Assembly (NCBI RefSeq): GCF_006345805.1
Contig: NW_021835943.1
Span: forward strand, 1-37,229
DNA length: 37,229 nucleotides
Direction of reading: 5' to 3'
Source: Octopus sinensis
Taxonomy: Eukaryota
Shown here: positions 35,291 through 37,229 of the stretch, in pieces
Layout: every line of letters begins with the position of its first letter
Numbering within the stretch: position 1 is the stretch's first letter
Notes under the pieces: generated by a model
Database searches by the model: none
What the model saw: only the letters and a program-made list of their open reading frames with translations
Told to the model about the DNA's origin: nothing
Translations under genes and position numbers: made by a program

Positions 35291-35639
35291 CGAGTACGGG
35301 AAAACCTACTTATTTTTTTCTGTCGGGGGCTTATATGCCCCATTATAAGATTATTTCCTTTAGCCATTGCACAGTGATCGCTTATAAGCTTATAAAATAC
35401 TATCATTATTATTTACAGAATAATGTATGTATGTATGTATGTATGTATGTATGTATGTATGTATGTATGCTGACTGGACTACTAACTTTCTTTTGCTCTT
35501 AGATTTCAACAAGGTAACATCGACTCCTTCTGTCCCCAGCAGTCGATTTTCTGAATTTGCGCTCTAACGAATTCTTCCACCGTCTAGGCTTAAAAAAGCC
35601 CTCATTGTTGGTTTCCTTGTCCTGTTTTTATTCTTTACA

Positions 35640-35950
35640 TGTACTGTATTTTTATTTGCATTGCTTTTACGTCCTGTTCTTGTCACTTGTTTTCTTTCCT
35701 TGTTTTACCCGTCTGCAAAAGAATTTTATTTAATTCATTTTGCAGGAAGGATTGTTTCGGCCGGATCGTGTTGTGCCCTTACCTTCGAAACACGCACTGA
35801 GTCGAACCAGGGGCAGCTGATGAAGGGGAATATTCTTTGTATTGTTTGTCTTGTACTCTGTTTTATGGTTGTTAAAAAAAGTCCGTTTCCTTGTTTGTTT
35901 TTATATTTTCGTTTCTCGTTGTGTTCTACGTTTATTTGTGGTGTCCTGTA

Positions 35951-35989
<39 letters not shown>

Positions 35990-36045
35990 GCATGTATATA
36001 TACATATAGATGTAGGTACATATATGTATGTATGTATGCATTGTT
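35640..36045 (+). mobile_element. Diverged relative of the 3' half of the 24327-25331 element
   Basis: Shares aggaagg...ccttcgaaacacg...cagctgatgaagggga and the terminal tgtcctgtac...gcatgtatatatacat.tagatgt.ggtac block. Confidence 0.7.
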
Positions 36046-36060
36046 TTTTTGTTAAATTGT

Positions 36061-36138
<78 letters not shown>

Positions 36139-36803
36139 CCGCGAAAGTTGCAAATAAAGCAACAAAATAGCTTTGACAAAAAAAAACTTGGATATTTAAT
36201 AAATGAGTGGAATTTAAACAGTGGTTTGCGTTAATTATATTGGCATGATGACTCTCCCTAGACACACTATATATATACATATATTATATATATGTATGTA
36301 TGTTGCATGTATGTATGTATGTTGTATGTATGTATGTATGTATGCATCAGGCATGTATGTATTAATGTATGTATGTATGTATGTATGTATGTATGTATGT
36401 ATGTATGTATGTATGTTGTATGTTTGTATATATATATATATATATTATATATATATATATGAGACTTTAAGTCAGTGGGCAAACTGTGGCCTGCAAGATT
36501 TTCTGAATGGTACGCCATATTTTACGAGGAAAATGACAGATGCATAATGGAGCTATGTCTTATGCGGTCTGCTTCTCAAAACAGGTTGACCAAGCTTACT
36601 GCAAGTGATTGTTCGACCTGTTAAAAATAACAGACGAATAGCCTCTCGAATCATACATAATACTGTCTTAAAGAAGGGTACATCGCTTGATGTATTTTGG
36701 AGCACACAATAACTTGTGAATCAAAACAAGTATGAAATCATTAGAGCTCGAATACTTTTGATTATAGGTATGCGGAAACTCGAGCTCATTTGGAGATAAA
36801 AGC

Positions 36804-36980
36804 AAGAAGAAGAAGAAGAAGAAGAAGAAGAAGAAGAAGAAGAAGAAGAAGAAGAAGAAGAAGAAGAAGAAGAAGAAGAAGAAGAAAAAACAACAACAAC
36901 AACAACAACAACAGCAGCAGGAACGACGACGACGACAATAACAGCAACAAGAACAACAGCAGCAGCAATAACAACAACAA
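36804..36980. repeat. Compound trinucleotide microsatellite: (AAG)n, then AAC/AGC/ACG
   Basis: Direct reading. Confidence 0.95.
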
Positions 36981-37229
36981 TTTTCTGGCACGAGAACCGT
37001 CCAGAAAATGAGGAAAACCTTAACTCATGTGAATTACTCGATTCCTCAAGTGATAGATGATAGACGAAATAAGTCAATATTAGCGGGAATTGAACGCAAA
37101 ACCAAGAGGCATAATACGTATATTCTGCACTTTTCCACCCCACCTTTTCCGTTGCAACAACCCCCCTCCCATCCCCTAGTTCTTTCAGCCAAATCTTCAT
37201 AGCAGACTAAACTGAAGAACTCATCAAAA

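Overview
AT-rich, microsatellite-dense eukaryotic DNA, almost entirely made of transposable elements. The repeat families and the density of (TA)n/(TACA)n/(TCTA)n tracts fit an octopus (cephalopod) genome best; this is my inference, not a database match. I can support no intact host protein-coding gene, and most ORF-track entries are microsatellite translations. Decayed elements recognised: three Penelope-like retroelement (PLE) remnants, Tc1, mariner, pogo-like, hAT and Chapaev3-like DNA transposons, RTE-type LINE fragments (one with three C-terminal C2H2 fingers), tRNA-derived SINEs, and several MITE/foldback elements. The most striking signal is a set of hammerhead-ribozyme (HHR) motifs read directly from the sequence. 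One is canonical, with an extended stem I, and lies in a non-coding 353-bp-unit element (26446-27181) with inverted plus terminally redundant architecture, resembling a PLE-mobilised retrozyme. Others are core variants (U4C, A6U, A9C, U3:A8) in PLE termini. Most lie in a 4.8-kb nest (22.4-27.2 kb) of elements separated by (TA)n tracts. Other oddities: a TIR element flanked by a 35-bp direct duplication, a locally templated 157-bp insertion, and a possible minus-strand promoter with a first exon.
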